From the human T2T-CHM13v2.0 reference genome, Homo sapiens: 64,000 bases of DNA. Under the pieces are notes generated by a model. It saw only the letters and a program-made list of their open reading frames with translations, made no database searches and was not told the origin of the DNA. Shown here piece by piece: positions 14,026 to 31,570 of this stretch (positions within the stretch are counted from its first letter, which is position 1; the number at the start of each line of letters is the position of its first letter). The stretch lies in NCBI RefSeq assembly GCF_009914755.1, contig NC_060931.1. One strand, given 5' to 3'. Position numbers and translations under genes: made by a program.

Positions 14026-14699
14026 TGACAGGGCTCTGATGAGTAGAGAACACCAGGTTCTTCATCTCGAGTAGAATTAGAAAAAATGAAACGGACACAC
14101 ATGGAGTAGTTTTAAGGAGCAGAGAGTTTAATAGACAAGAAAGAAGGGGGAAGAAAGAAAGAAGAAGCTTCCCTGTACAGAGACAGAGGGAGGGAGGGCT
14201 CCAAAGCTGAGAGGGAACCCTGCTATCAGCTAGCTATATTCGATGGCTGGAGGAGGCAGTGTCTGATTTGCATAGGGCTCAGGGGATTGGTTTGACAAGG
14301 CATGTCATTCACGTAGACCGTGAAAAAACTGGCTCTCTCACCCTAGTCTTTTAACATGCAAATGTAGGGCGCCATGATGTTCCACACACCTGGGGTTATG
14401 TGGGGGCAACCATGCTGCTAGGCACATGTGGGGGCAAGGGTAAGAGGGCAACGGTGGGAATCGCCATGTTGGGTGGACCCAGTTTCTAACGCCTTGCATT
14501 TGCATATTAAAGGTTGCCAGCCGGCCATGTTGGGTGGATCCAGTTTCTAACGGTTTGCATTTGCATATCAAAGGTTGCCAGCTGGGGTCTAAGAGTCAGG
14601 ATTCTCTTTCATGCTAGACAAGAGCCGCGAAAAATCTTCCAAGGACCCCTTTTTTCCTCTCTATCTGCCTAAAATAATTTCTTAGTAACTCCTACCACA
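14026..14699 (-). mobile_element. ERV1 solo LTR, LTR9-like (HUERS-P3 group)
   Basis: TG...CA termini; minus strand starts TGTGGTAGGAGTTACTAAGAAATTATTTTAGGCAGATAGAGAGG; 4-bp TSD CTAG (14022-14025, 14700-14703); CCAAT (14286-14290) and ATTAAA (14127-14132) on minus strand; subfamily from recall. Confidence 0.8.
14463..14584. repeat. 61-bp tandem duplication inside the LTR
   Basis: Units 14463-14523 and 14524-14584 (gccatgttgggtgga...atttgcata...aaaggttgccagc). Confidence 0.95.
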
Positions 14700-17174
14700 C
14701 TAGATCGTCTTAGTCTTTACACTGAGAAAAGTAAAAGAGGTGTGTTCTCTTTTTGTACAAATGGGGAAAGCCAGGAATAGAGTGATGACATATTTTACCC
14801 AGAGTGACATAAGTAATCACAAGGTTCTCTGCATCTATATTACTATATGCTTTGCCAGAATGCCCTGTTAGGATGAAATTTATTTATATAGTTAAATAGT
14901 TAATAACTATATAAAGGAAGGAGAGAGGAAAAATAAAAACTAAATATATATATGTGTGCACAAAAAGATATTAAATTGAGCTTATGAATAATATATTTCA
15001 ATAATACATTACTAATTATTTAACATGAGGAGAGGAGCTGATTAGTAGTAGTCAGTCTTCTTGGCCATAGTCAGTTTCATCAACCTCTTCAGTTCTGAAA
15101 CCCCAAGGCTCTCCCAAGGTTTACCTGGGGAGATAACCACAGCCCCTGTCCTCTTCAGGCAACTCGGAGTTCAACTTTCCTTTCTCAGAAAGAGAGATAG
15201 CAACATCTCAAGAGATAGAGCTAGAGAAAGGTCACAGAAGCATCTATGAATTGGTTACCCATCAAGGACACCCAGACACACCACCCACTCAGAGACAAAC
15301 CGTTCTGGAATACTTCATGTTGGAGTGGTTAGCCCTGCTCTGTGAACTGGTAATCCAGTCCTTTGTGGAGCCATCTCTGGGCTAATTGTCTCTTTGTTTC
15401 TTGAAGGTTGAGAGATTATCTTCAGCAAAATTCCTCCGTTTAACCCCTGGACTTCCTTACCCCAATTCATCCAACCACCACTCTCATTTGCAGATGAGAA
15501 TCTTCATTTGCACACATGGCCTTGGCCTTTGCCTCAACCCTTTCCCTAAGACAGCTAGCTGGTTCTATCTTGCTCTCTCTCCTTCGTTTTTGGTGCAGAT
15601 CAACAGCAGAGCCAACCTTGGACAGGACAGGACGAATCCACACTTCCAACTCACAGAAGCATGGAACCCAGTTAGGGAGAGTCTCCCAAAGCCTTAAGGT
15701 ACCACAGGGCACCATGTCCTCTGCCAAAACTTTTGGAAACAGGGCTGGTTCTACTGCAGCAGAACAGATCACCCTTTGAACAAAAAGCTCCAAAACTTAC
15801 AAGAAAGAGAAGATGAAAGCTGCAGCTCTCTTCTTTGAATTATATATTATCTATGCCTAGAATGCCCAGAGGGGTCATGAATTTAGAGAACTCAACAACA
15901 ACAAAAAGTCAATATCTGACACCTTGTGTTTCTAAAACTCATTACAGCTCTGGGAATGAAAGTATAGGAAGAAAAAAAAAAACAGTGAATAAATTATTTA
16001 GAAGAGGAAATGTTTTGATTATTTTCTTGCGTTTTCTTGAGCTTTTCCCAATAGTTTCAGAACTGGTGGAAAGAGAAGGAGTTCTGTCTCCTAAATTATC
16101 TCTTGAATTCAAATTTTCTCTGGTCTGGGATTGGAAGGATCCTTCATACTTTTATAAACTGGACTGAAAAATACAGAAGCCCCCAATCTTAACCCTTTCT
16201 TCTCTTTCTAAAATATCCTAAGGAAAAGCAATAAGAGATTTAAATCCCATATCATCTGAGAAAGGGACTGGGTTTTTTTCCCAAATCAACCTTTCCAATT
16301 AATGAAGCCCCTATTCCTTATACTGAATTGGGGAAATGTCTTGTGAAAAAGTTGCTGACCCTCCTCTGATACCTGGAACCCTACTACAGAGTCTCACATT
16401 TGACTCAGAGAAGGTTCCAGAGGTGTGTCTGCGTTGTGCTGTATTGCACTGAGCTGGTGCCTGACATTTTAGATGCTCAGTGAACATGTGGCTCTAACTC
16501 AGTCACTGCAAACTCCTTAAGATGTCTTGCTCATCTCAATGGCCACAGTAGGTAAACATTCAATAAAGCCTGATTGACTAAACAAATAAATAAATGAGCA
16601 ATCATGTCTAAATCACTAAGGGAGAGGTTTGCCCCCTCCTTCCCCACTCCCATCCTCCAGATCGATCTTTTCTGAGAATCACTGCTTGTCCGTTTTCGTC
16701 CCCTAAGACATTTTAGTAATCAAAGGAATGTACCCTATTCCAAGAGTCCTACACATTCTGTTTCTTATTTCATCTGAGAAAGAATTTACTGAAGAGTCCT
16801 CTCCACCACATGTGGATTGAATTTCCATTCTCTTCTCCCCATTTCCACCTTTCTTTTTATTTCTGTCTCCATCAGAGCAGAGCATTCAATATGCTGCAGA
16901 AATAATTTTCTGCTGAATGAGGTTCGGCCATAAGTCAAGGGCAGATTTATTAAGGCCCCTGCACAGCCTGTTCCTCGGCTTACTGTCGACATGACAGTTT
17001 AAATCTTTGATCACCCTTACACGTAACCCCTTCACTGCTGAACAGCCCAGATCTACAAGATGAGCAGCTCCTCCTGGTACTTGAGATGAGTTGAAAATGG
17101 TTCTAAATCCAAGCAGACAGGGCATCTTCACCAGGACCCACGGGTGTCCAGTGTGTTCAGGGATTTTCAAGGTA

Positions 17175-17573
17175 CAGTGAGGCATGGCTTAATGACAGGG
17201 ACATCTTCTGGGAAATGCATTGCTAGACGATTTCATCATCGTGTGAACATCATAGCGTGTACTTACACAGACCTAGATGGTAGAGCCTACCACACACCCA
17301 ACCTATATGCTATAGCCTATTGCTCCCATGCTACAAACGTGTAGAGCATGTTACTGTACTGAATACTGTAGGCGATTGTAACACAGTAGTAAGGATTTGT
17401 GTATCTAAACATATCCAAACCCAGAAAAGGTAATGCATTTTGTGCTAGGACCTTATGGCAGCTATGATGTCATTAGACAATAGGAATTTTCCAGCTCCAT
17501 TATAGTTTTGTCGGCGCACTGTCATAAGTGTGGTCTGTGGTTGACCGGAACACAGCTATGCAGCACGTGACTG
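17175..17573 (-). mobile_element. Tigger3 (Golem/MER7) family non-autonomous DNA transposon
   Basis: CAG...CTG termini flanked by TA TSDs (17173-74, 17574-75); internal gtgtacttacacagacctagatggtagagcctac. Confidence 0.85.
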
Positions 17574-17926
17574 TATCCCTCCTCCCATGCTCACTTCTCT
17601 TTTCTACCTGCTTCTGCTTCCAGGCAGGAACTTCATCATCTCCACTGCTGTGCTGTGGGAAAACTCCACTGCAGCTTCTGTTCCCAGAATAGCTGTTTTA
17701 TCTAGTGAGTTCACTGGCTGTTCTGTGAGAGACTATTATTTCTGTGTTCTGTTTCTGTTTTTAGTAATTTTACCTTTCTGTGGCAAACACCTGGCATCAC
17801 ATAAACCAGTGTTTTAAAACCCATGAACCAGTCGGCTAGTAAGGTTGTATGGGTGCTATGACAATTACTTTTACATGTAATTTGATGTTGTATATTGCAT
17901 TTGAGGTACTTTGGTTGCCACTACAT

Positions 17927-17962
17927 ACACCCACACCCACACACACACACACACACACACAC
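17927..17962. repeat. (CA)n microsatellite
   Basis: Read directly. Confidence 0.9.
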
Positions 17963-18405
17963 TTCACAAAACAGTGCTAGAAGCTGCTATTAAGAATATT
18001 AAAATGCTTGCACAAACTTGAAGGCTCCAAGAAAAGATTCCTCTGTCCATGCTAACACACGTAAAATACCTGTATCGTGTTTCTTTGATATTCCCTTGTC
18101 TTAGATTCCTTGGCCTAAGTCTGGCTCACTGATTCCCACTGAGCAAATGATTACTATTGTTATTCCTCCTATATAGATAGCACTTTACATGTATCCATGT
18201 ATCCACTTTACACATATCCTCATTAGCTTCTAATAATTCCTGCAAGTGGGTGTTATTCTGATTTTGCACACAAGAAAATCTGAGGCCTTAACCCAATGAG
18301 TTGCTCAAAGTGAGTCACTAATGTAAGTAAAAGACAACCCTCAGATCCTCTTTGGAGGCACAATCTCCTTACAAATAACTCCTTAAGAAATCAACACAAT
18401 GCTGA

Positions 18406-18926
<521 letters not shown>

Positions 18927-21765
18927 TAAGATGAGATACTAATCCATTTTAATCAAAAATGTTCACAAAATACCCCTTGAGCATATAGAAACAGGAAGAG
19001 GGGATTAGACATTGGCAAAACTGAGATTGTATAGCTAATGAGAAAACCCCAGCAAATAAGTTCTTTATTAAAAAGTAGTTTAATTGATTCAGCCTAGAAG
19101 TAACCTTAAAGATTTCTCTATTTTTGAATATTAAAACAGAAGGCAGAGACTGGCAAACTCCTTTTGAATGATGCAGGAGAGTTTGGAGAAAAAAAGATAA
19201 GATACGGACTAGAAATGTATAGATTAATTATACAGCATGTGTATAATGGATGTGAGGAAGAGTTATTCCACCTTCAGGAGAGAATGATTTCTCACAGTTA
19301 TCACAGGGAGAAGTCAGCCTACCAAATCTTCAGTTAAGGAACCTTAACTTCCCTTGGTGGAAAACAAAATGACAGGAATTGGGGTGGAGAAGACAGGCAT
19401 GGAGAAGAAAGTATAAATGGAGGAAATATCCAAGAATTTGGGGTAGATTTCCCCTTTTACAAAGAGAAGGAGAAAACCATGACCAGACATGAGGACCAAC
19501 GCAACCACCATCAACTCATCAGCCACAATATCGCCCATGGGGTATATTCCTCTAAAGTTGCAATTCTAGAAAAGAAAAAGAATCTCAGAATTCAGCCCTA
19601 GACTGGTGGAAGAGCTAAGCCACAGAAGTGCTTAGAGGTCGTACATCTTCTGTTTCTGTTCAGGTAAACACAAGTTCCTGCCCACGCCCAGTTATTGCCA
19701 GCCACACTTGAAAAGAAATAAGAATACATTTTTCTTTCAGCAGAAGATTAATTGTGCATCCACTGACTTGAGTGTCAGTGTGGTCCTCGGGGCCTGAGAA
19801 ACTGCTCGGAAGAAGGAAAAGAAAGCAATACACAAAGTACGCAATCAGCTGAGGAGAGCAAAATCATCAGGACCTGGCTTGGTGCTCTCAGGAGAAGTAA
19901 CAAAAAAAGTAGTCAAATTCCCAGAAAGTTGAGTGTTTGCAAAAGACCCTAAGTGTTTCCTACTTCGGGCAACCCATATGAGTACACTGTGCTGGTCCCC
20001 TGTTAGCCCTGCAGAAACAGCCTAGCACCCTGCACTCTGTCCTCATCCTAAAACTGAGGTTTATCGAAGGGGAAAACTGTCCACTAGGCTGCCATTTTTC
20101 TCCCAGCAAGTCCTCAATTGTCACTAACACCAGCCAGCTGTACAAGGTCATCCACCCCGCTCACTTGCAGGATATTTTCATTATCTGCCAAATGAGCTGG
20201 GGGAGCTCTTACTTGTAGAGAATTATACGTGCTCCCTCCCTAGTCACACCCATTCATCTCCTTCTTAGAGCGTTTTACTTGGGCCCTATTAATGATTTCA
20301 GGCAGGCATTTATCTTGGAGTTTATGGGATATTTGGCCATATCTGCTAATACCGTGAACATATCTTTAATCAATGTGCTTTGATGTGCAGTTGTAATAAT
20401 ATAGGTGTATCATTCCATAAAAGTTTCCAATTTTAAAAAATTCAAAATACTATTTATGATTGAATTTGGTCCCACAAATTCTTATTTATGAAAACAAGTT
20501 GCCCATAAATATGTTTGAAAAGCTACTTTCTCAACATTTCTCCCAAAATACCTTAAAAGCCAAGCGTATAACAGCCGCATTAGAACAATGAGGAACAATG
20601 AGGATAACTGACAGGTTTTGTGCCTGTGTATTTTTCTCCTTTGTGCCACAAAGTTTCTAAGCCTTTGGGAGCCCCCAGGAACAATGACTCTGGTTTAATA
20701 ACTGTGAAATGCTATTGAACTAGCAATAAAAAATATTCTCCACTGCCAAACAATATGATACTTACAACAGCCAGCATTCCTGCCAATCACAGGGCATTCA
20801 CGCAAAAGTGGCCTGAGTTCCTTTAGCAACGAGAGTGCCCCTTATAAAATGTGTGTGCACAAGCACAAGGGTTTGGCAACACTGGAGGAGCTCTGCAGCT
20901 TGACATCACAGTTTAGACTGCATTCAACTACTGTATTTATGTTCACCTAGAAGAAAAAGCATCTCTCTTGTTTGCAGAAGATAAATTAAAACATCAGGGT
21001 TGTGTGCAAGTGTCAATGGCCTCTACTACATGCATTTTTTGCTCTGTAAGTCCATCTTTCATAAATTAGAGCACCTATTCTATAGGTCCACTAGTACGTT
21101 CCCAAGGTTCCTTATTTTGTTGGATAGATTTGGCAAAGAAGCAAGTTATTCCACATGAAGGTGATTTTCTCTTTAAGTGAAAGAAGTGAGCAGGATAAAG
21201 CGAGGCCTCACTTAAAATAAACAAGAAAGGAAGAAACCATCCATTTCTTTAAAGCTGAGAAGTATTCCTTTCTGGGAAGCAGTCTGTAAGGTCCAACAAG
21301 TCCTCAACCGGACGGCTGAGCAAATGACCACTCAAGGAAGGTTAATATAACCATATTCTCCCGGCAGGGAATTCTTTTTCTACATGAGATAAAAACTGGC
21401 CTGAGTTGGGCAATTCGTCTATGTTTTTAGGTACACATTATGTGGAGGAGAATTGGTGGGCAAACACTCTGAAATTGAGATATTTAGAATAAATCATCAC
21501 TGCTTGATCACTGCTGCACCAAGTCTGGAAATCTAAATCAAGATATATGGACAGAGGAAGCATAGAAGGTCATCTCAGATGCCATCTAGTTGGAGAACCC
21601 AGTTATGCATAAACTGAAGTCACAGTAAAATTTCGGTAATTCTTCTGCTATGCGCCATTATTATTCTTCACCCTCTGCTTGTGTGAATTGGGGATTTGAT
21701 GCAGCAACAGATGAGATTTTGAGTTGGTTCTTTCCCAGACAAAAGGAATGAAAGGAGAAAATTCA

Positions 21766-22068
<303 letters not shown>

Positions 22069-22564
22069 GAAAGGAGAAAATTCTCATGGAGGTGGGGTGA
22101 ATCAGCACAGAGACCAAACGAAAAGGCATATTGTATTATGTTCCATATTTTCCTTGATTCTTGACTTTGGGGGCTGCAGTGTAACAGTTTCTAAAGGATT
22201 CAAAGAAGACAGAAGTTGCAAGCAAAGGAGTTCTAGGAAGTGTAGCAACAGAACTCTTCTTCGAATTTGACACTATAAAAAGATCCTTCTCAAATTGTAC
22301 AAATGACATTTCATTGATAAATAAGAAATCTTTTTTTAAAAAAATACTAATTTTTTCATTAGTTTAGGGAGTGAGGCCAACACTATAATCAGTGCTTTCT
22401 CAGTAAGTTCTTGGTCCCTCACTTGGCTGTGACCTCCCTGAGAAGAGGGACCTTATGTTCTCCATCCAAAACTCCCTCACAGCACTTAACACAATATCCA
22501 CACATAGTAGGTTCTCAACAAATGTTAACTGACAGTGTGGCTACTTTCTCAGTAGCTGAAAATA

Positions 22565-22647
22565 TTATTAGTTTAACCATGTGAAATTGCTTCTTCTGTA
22601 GTCAAAAATGGTCAAATAGTGGTGATTTCACATAGTTAAGCCCAATA
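22565..22647. mobile_element. MADE2 mariner MITE
   Basis: ttagtttaaccatgtgaaattgc...gtcaaaaatggtcaaa...gtgatttcacatagttaagcccaata, about 80 bp with inverted termini. Confidence 0.75.
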
Positions 22648-22828
22648 CTTACTAACTACCCTTATACTGTTAGGTACTTCATTCATTCCACAAAAATTCC
22701 CTAAGAGGGACTGTGTGCCCACCACTGCAGCCAGAACAAATCCCACTTTACAAGTGAGGAAAGAGATACGTAGCTTAGCTAAGAGATTGCCAAAGCCAAG
22801 AAGTTGCCCGAAGAATAGAGAAATCTTG

Positions 22829-23310
22829 TGTATTAGTCCCTAAACCCAATATAAACCCAATATAAACAATTGCAAGCAGAAAAGTGGGTTTAGGGTGGAA
22901 ATTTTTTCAAGCACAGTGCTCAAGTAATAAGAAAATTATCTTTCTCCCTCTATCTTTCTCTCTCCATCTCTCTGTTGTACTGGTCTCTCTTCTTTTGTAT
23001 GTTGACCTCATTCTCTCTTGTCATAGGCTTTCTGTGTATACAGCTTGCCATCCAAAAGTATCTCAAATCTGTCCCAGTGCCCACACACTAGCTTTTATAG
23101 AAGGATATAACTGACCCTACTTGGGCCATATGCCCTGGCCCAATCCTTATGGAGAGAGCAAGATTGAAGTTGGCCAGGCCTAGACCATGAGCCTACCTCC
23201 CAGGGCCAGGGATGAGGCTCTGTAATTGACAAGTCACCAGAACCATCAGGGATAGAAAGGCAATTTCCCAGTAGAAAGAGAGGGAGTGGCAGACAAAACC
23301 ACAGATGCCC
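22829..23310 (-). mobile_element. Old MaLR solo LTR (MLT1J/K-like)
   Basis: tgtattagtc start, ttggccaggcctagaccatgagcctacctcc, ggcagacaaaaccacagatg end. Confidence 0.55.
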
Positions 23311-23315
23311 AATAT

Positions 23316-23860
23316 ATCAAAGGAATGCCTGCACTCGCATGTTTATTGCAGCACTATTCACAATTGCAAAGATGTGGAATCAACCTAAGTGTCCATCAGT
23401 GGAGAATAGGTAAAGAAAATGTGGTATATATACACAACAGAATACTATTCAGCCATAAGAAGTAATGAAATCATCTCATTTACAGCAGCATGGTTGGAAC
23501 TGGAGGTCATTAACTTAAGTGAAATAAGCCTGGCACAAAAAGACAAATATCTCATGTTCTCACTTATATGTGGGGCTAAAACTCTGGACACAAGGGGTAG
23601 AGAGTAGAAAAGTAGATAAAGACTAGGAAGGGTGAGTGCAGGGGGAAGATGAAGACAAATAGATTAAAGGGTACAAACATACAGTAAGATGGAAGGAATA
23701 AATTCATTGTTTGATAGCAGAGTAAGGTGACTCTACTTAATAAAAATATATTGCACTCAGGTGATGGACAGCCTGAATACCCTGAGTTGATCACTACATA
23801 TTACATACATGTAACAAAATCTCTCCTGTACCCCATAAATTTGCACAAATAAAAACAAAA
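23316..23860 (+). mobile_element. 5'-truncated L1MA (L1MA4-like): ORF2 end plus 3'UTR
   Basis: atgtttattgcagcactattcacaat...MWYIYTTEYYSAI remnant...tgtaccccataaatttgcacaaataaaa; 18-bp TSD accacagatg(c/g)ccaatat (23298-23315, 23862-23879). Confidence 0.88.
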
Positions 23861-25282
23861 CACCACAGATGGCCAATATCACTTTGCTGCTGTCCTGCCT
23901 GAGAGCTCTAAAACTATTTATTTGCTGACTCATGAATTATGTCTGCATCACAAGAGTTCGAGACTGAAAGACCAAATCACTACCTACTCCAATTTGGATG
24001 ACCCCAACTTTTTCATCCCCAGCCACAGGATGTATCTGTCACTTGCTTCTTGCCAGGGCCAAGACACTATAGGAATTAGTACACACTTTTGCTGAGCCAA
24101 ATGGATTTGGGGTCCCTCTGAGCCAGTTAGTTCTGAGCTACAACCGAGCTATATCACGTCTGCAGACTATACTGTGGCCAGGTCAGACCTGCTCAAGGGT
24201 TTCTGAATTAGGTGCCTCTTATTTCACTATATTAACCAAACAAAAGTGTGTGTGGGCATCAGTGCAAGCCTGTAAGAGGTGAGAACCAGAGGGAGCACTG
24301 TGCTGCCTTTCTAAAACAAGATCAACATTACAGGTATTTGAGAATTAATTTCGGCAGGGCAAAGGTTATCAGAAAATGTAGTTAAAATAATCTGCAGATT
24401 TTCTTACATTCTTATAATATTTATACAGGAATTTATTGATAGGAAATAAAATAAGTGATTAAAGGCATCTATAGGTGTTTAATAAATATTAATTGAACTA
24501 ACCTGGATTAAATTTAGGGTTGTTTGTCCTTCCAGTTAAATAGGAAAGCATGCTATGACTGCTAGACTTAGCTATCTTCCCAAAGGGAAAGTGACAAATC
24601 TGGTAGCAATTAGGAAGCGGCGGGTGCAATGCCCTGGCAGGATTTGGCTGTGGTTGAAGCCCAAGGGGTGGGACTGCATCCACTATATGAGATGGTCTGG
24701 AAAACACAAAGGTGGCCAAAGGAGGGGGCCTGGTTATCAAAAATAGCCTCACTGCACAGGGATGCCCTGCCTCCTGCCTATGCACCCTGCTGAGGTCTTC
24801 TCTAGTTTCCAGGCTATTTTCTTAACAGAGGGACCATTTGAATATCATGTATTAGCTCTATATGGACGTGAGGGAGAGTCACGACAAGTTTAACGAGTCA
24901 AAGGTCAAACATCTTAGATGAATATGGCCTGGCCTTCAAGGGCCAGGCACAGCCCTTCAGAGACTGCCCAGCGAGAATAGACAGGTGCCCAGAGAGTGAG
25001 ATGCCACCCCCAGGGACCTTAGAAGCCTTTGGCCACCTCTGTGGAAGTCTAAACTGCACTAGGACTAATTCAGTGTTGCCCTGAGGTAAATGCCTCCCTG
25101 CAGGGTTGCCTGCTCACAAGGGAACTTTCCCAAGAAGGTTTTTTTTAAACCATTCACTCACCAGAAATTCACTGTTGCAAGCCTTGGGCCATTTTATATG
25201 CCAACACGACCACTATTTGGAGGATGCTTGGTAGTGAGAGGAGGGAAAGGGCTTATTGCCGTTGATAAAGAATGCTGTTCCT

Positions 25283-26186
25283 GGAGGAGGAGCCAAGATG
25301 GCCGAATAGGAACAGCTCCGGTCTACAGCTCCCAGCGTGAGCGACGCAGAAGACGGTGATTTCTGCATTTCCATCTGAGGTACCGGGTTCATCTCACTAG
25401 GGAGTGCCAGACAGTGGGCGCAGGTCAGTGGGTGCGCGCACCGTGCGCGAGCCGAAGCAGGGCGAGGCATTGCCTCACTTGGGAAACGCAAGGGTTCAGC
25501 GAGTTCCCTTTCCGAGTCAAAGAAAGGGGTGACGGATGGCACCTGGAAAATCGGGTCACTCCCACCCCAATACTGCACTTTTCCGACGGGCTTAAAAAAC
25601 GGCGCACCACGAGATTATAACCCGCACCTGGCTCGAAGGGTCCTACCCCACGGAGTCTCGCTGATTGCTAGCACAGCAGTCTGAGATCAAACTGCAAGGC
25701 GCAGTGAGGCTGGGGGAGGGGCGCCCGCCATTGCCCAGGCTTGCTTAGGTAAACAAAGCAGCCGGGAAGCTCGAACTGGGCGGAGCCCACCACAGCTCAA
25801 GGAGGCCTGCCTGCCTCTGTAGGCTCCACCTCTGGGGGCAGGGCACAGACAAATAAAAAGACAGCAGTAACCTCTGCAGACTTAAATGTCCCTGTCTGAC
25901 AGCTTTGAAGAGAGCAGTGGTTCTCCCAGCACGCAGCTGGAGATCTGAGAACGGGCAGACTGCCTCCTCAAGTGGGTCCCTGACCCCTGACCCCCGAGCA
26001 GCCTAACTGGGAGGCACCCCCCAGCAGGGGCACACTGACACCTCACACGGCAGGGTATTCCAACAGACCTGCAGCTGAGGGTCCTGTCTGTTAGAAGGAA
26101 AACTAATAAACAGAAAGGACATCCACACCAAAAACCCATCTGTACATCACCATCATCAAAGACCAAAAGTAGATAAAACCACAAAG
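25283..26186 (+). promoter_or_regulatory. L1 5'UTR internal sense and antisense Pol II promoter, CpG-rich
   Basis: 904-bp UTR; intact YY1 site caagatggccg at 25294-25304; densest extended CpG stretch in the window. Confidence 0.85.
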
Positions 26187-27203
26187 ATGGGGAAAAAACA
26201 GAACAGAAAAACTGGAAACTCTAAAAAGCAGAGCGCCTCTCCTCCTCCAAAGGAACGCAGTTCCTCACCAGCAACGGAACAAAGCTGGATGGAGAATGAC
26301 TTTGACGAGCTGAGAGAAGAAGGCTTCAGACAATCAAATTACTCTGAGCTACGGGAGGACATTCAAACCAAAGGCAAAGAAGTTGAAAACTTTGAAAAAA
26401 ATTTAGAAGAATTTATAACTAGAATTTCCAATACAGAGAAGTGCTTAAAGGAGCTGATGGAGCTGAAAACCAAGGCTCGAGAACTACGTGAAGAATGCAG
26501 AAGCCTCAGGAGCTGATGCGATCAACTGGAAGAAAGGGTATCAGCGATGGAAGATGAAATGAATGAAATGAAGCGAGAAGGGAAGTTTAGAGAAAAAAGA
26601 ATAAAAAGAAATGAGCAAAGCCTCCAAGAAATATGGGACTATGTGAAAAGACCAAATCTACGTCTGATTGGTGTACCTGAAAGTGATGGGGAGAATGGAA
26701 CCAAGCTGGAAAACACTCTGCAGGATATTATCCAGGAGAACTTCCCCAATCTAGCAAGGCAGGCCAACGTTCAGATTCAGGAAATACAGAGAACGCCACA
26801 AACATACTCCTCGAGAAGAGCAACTCCAAGACACATAATTGTCAGATTCACCAAAGTTGAAATGAAGGAAAAAATGTTAAAGGCAGCCAGAGAGAAAGGT
26901 CGGGTTACCCTCAAAGGGAAGCCCATCAGACTAACAGCGGATCTCTCGGCAGAAACCCTACAAGCCAGAAGAGAGTGGGGGCCAATATTCAACATTCTTA
27001 AAGAAAAGAATTTTCAACCCAGAATTTCATATCCAGCCAAACTAAGCTTCATAAGTGAAGGAGAAATAAAATACCTTACAGACAAGCAAATGCTGAGAGA
27101 TTTTGTCACCACCAGGCCTGCCCTAAAAGAGGTCCTGAAGGAAGCGCTAAACATGGAAAGGAACAACCGGTACCAGCCGCTGCAAAATCATGCCAAAATG
27201 TAA
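26187..27203 (+). pseudogene. ORF1: L1 ORF1p (RNA-binding chaperone), interrupted by nonsense codon
   Basis: MGKKQNRKTGNSK...QNHAKM in one frame (338 codons plus stop); CGA>TGA at 26514-26516 (R110*) splits it into the 109-aa and 218-aa track ORFs. Confidence 0.95.
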
Positions 27204-27251
27204 AGACCATCGAGACTAGGAAGAAACTGCATCAACTAACGAGCAAAATAA

Positions 27252-31091
<3,840 letters not shown>

Positions 31092-31374
31092 ACAATGAGA
31101 TCACATGGACACAGGAAGGGGAACATCACACTCTGGGGACTGTTGTGGGGTGGGGGGAGGGGGGAGGGATAGCATTGGGAGATATACCTAATGCTAGATG
31201 ACGAGTTAGTGGGTGCAGTGCACCAGCATGGCACATGTATACATATGTAACTAACCTGCACAATGTGCACATGTACCCTAAAACTTAAAGTATAATTAAA
31301 AAAAAAAAAGAATGCTGTTCCTAATTGGTGGAAGCTACCCTCACATTATTCATGTAGGCTACACAGTAGAACAA

Positions 31375-31570
31375 AACAATAATAATAGTATTAACACTTA
31401 TACAGCACCTATGTTGGACCAGGAATACTTCCCTGGGCTTTCCAAATACTAACTCATTTAGTTACACAACCAACTTGTGAAGTCCATGCTATTATTACCC
31501 CAATGTGATAGCTGAGCATCACAGGCAGGGAGCAGTTGTCACCCAAGGCCAGGCTCTTAGCCACCATAAA
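31375..31570 (-). mobile_element. MIR SINE
   Basis: aataatagtattaacacttatacagcacctatg...aactcatttagttacacaac...attattaccccaat...gctcttagccaccata. Confidence 0.65.
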
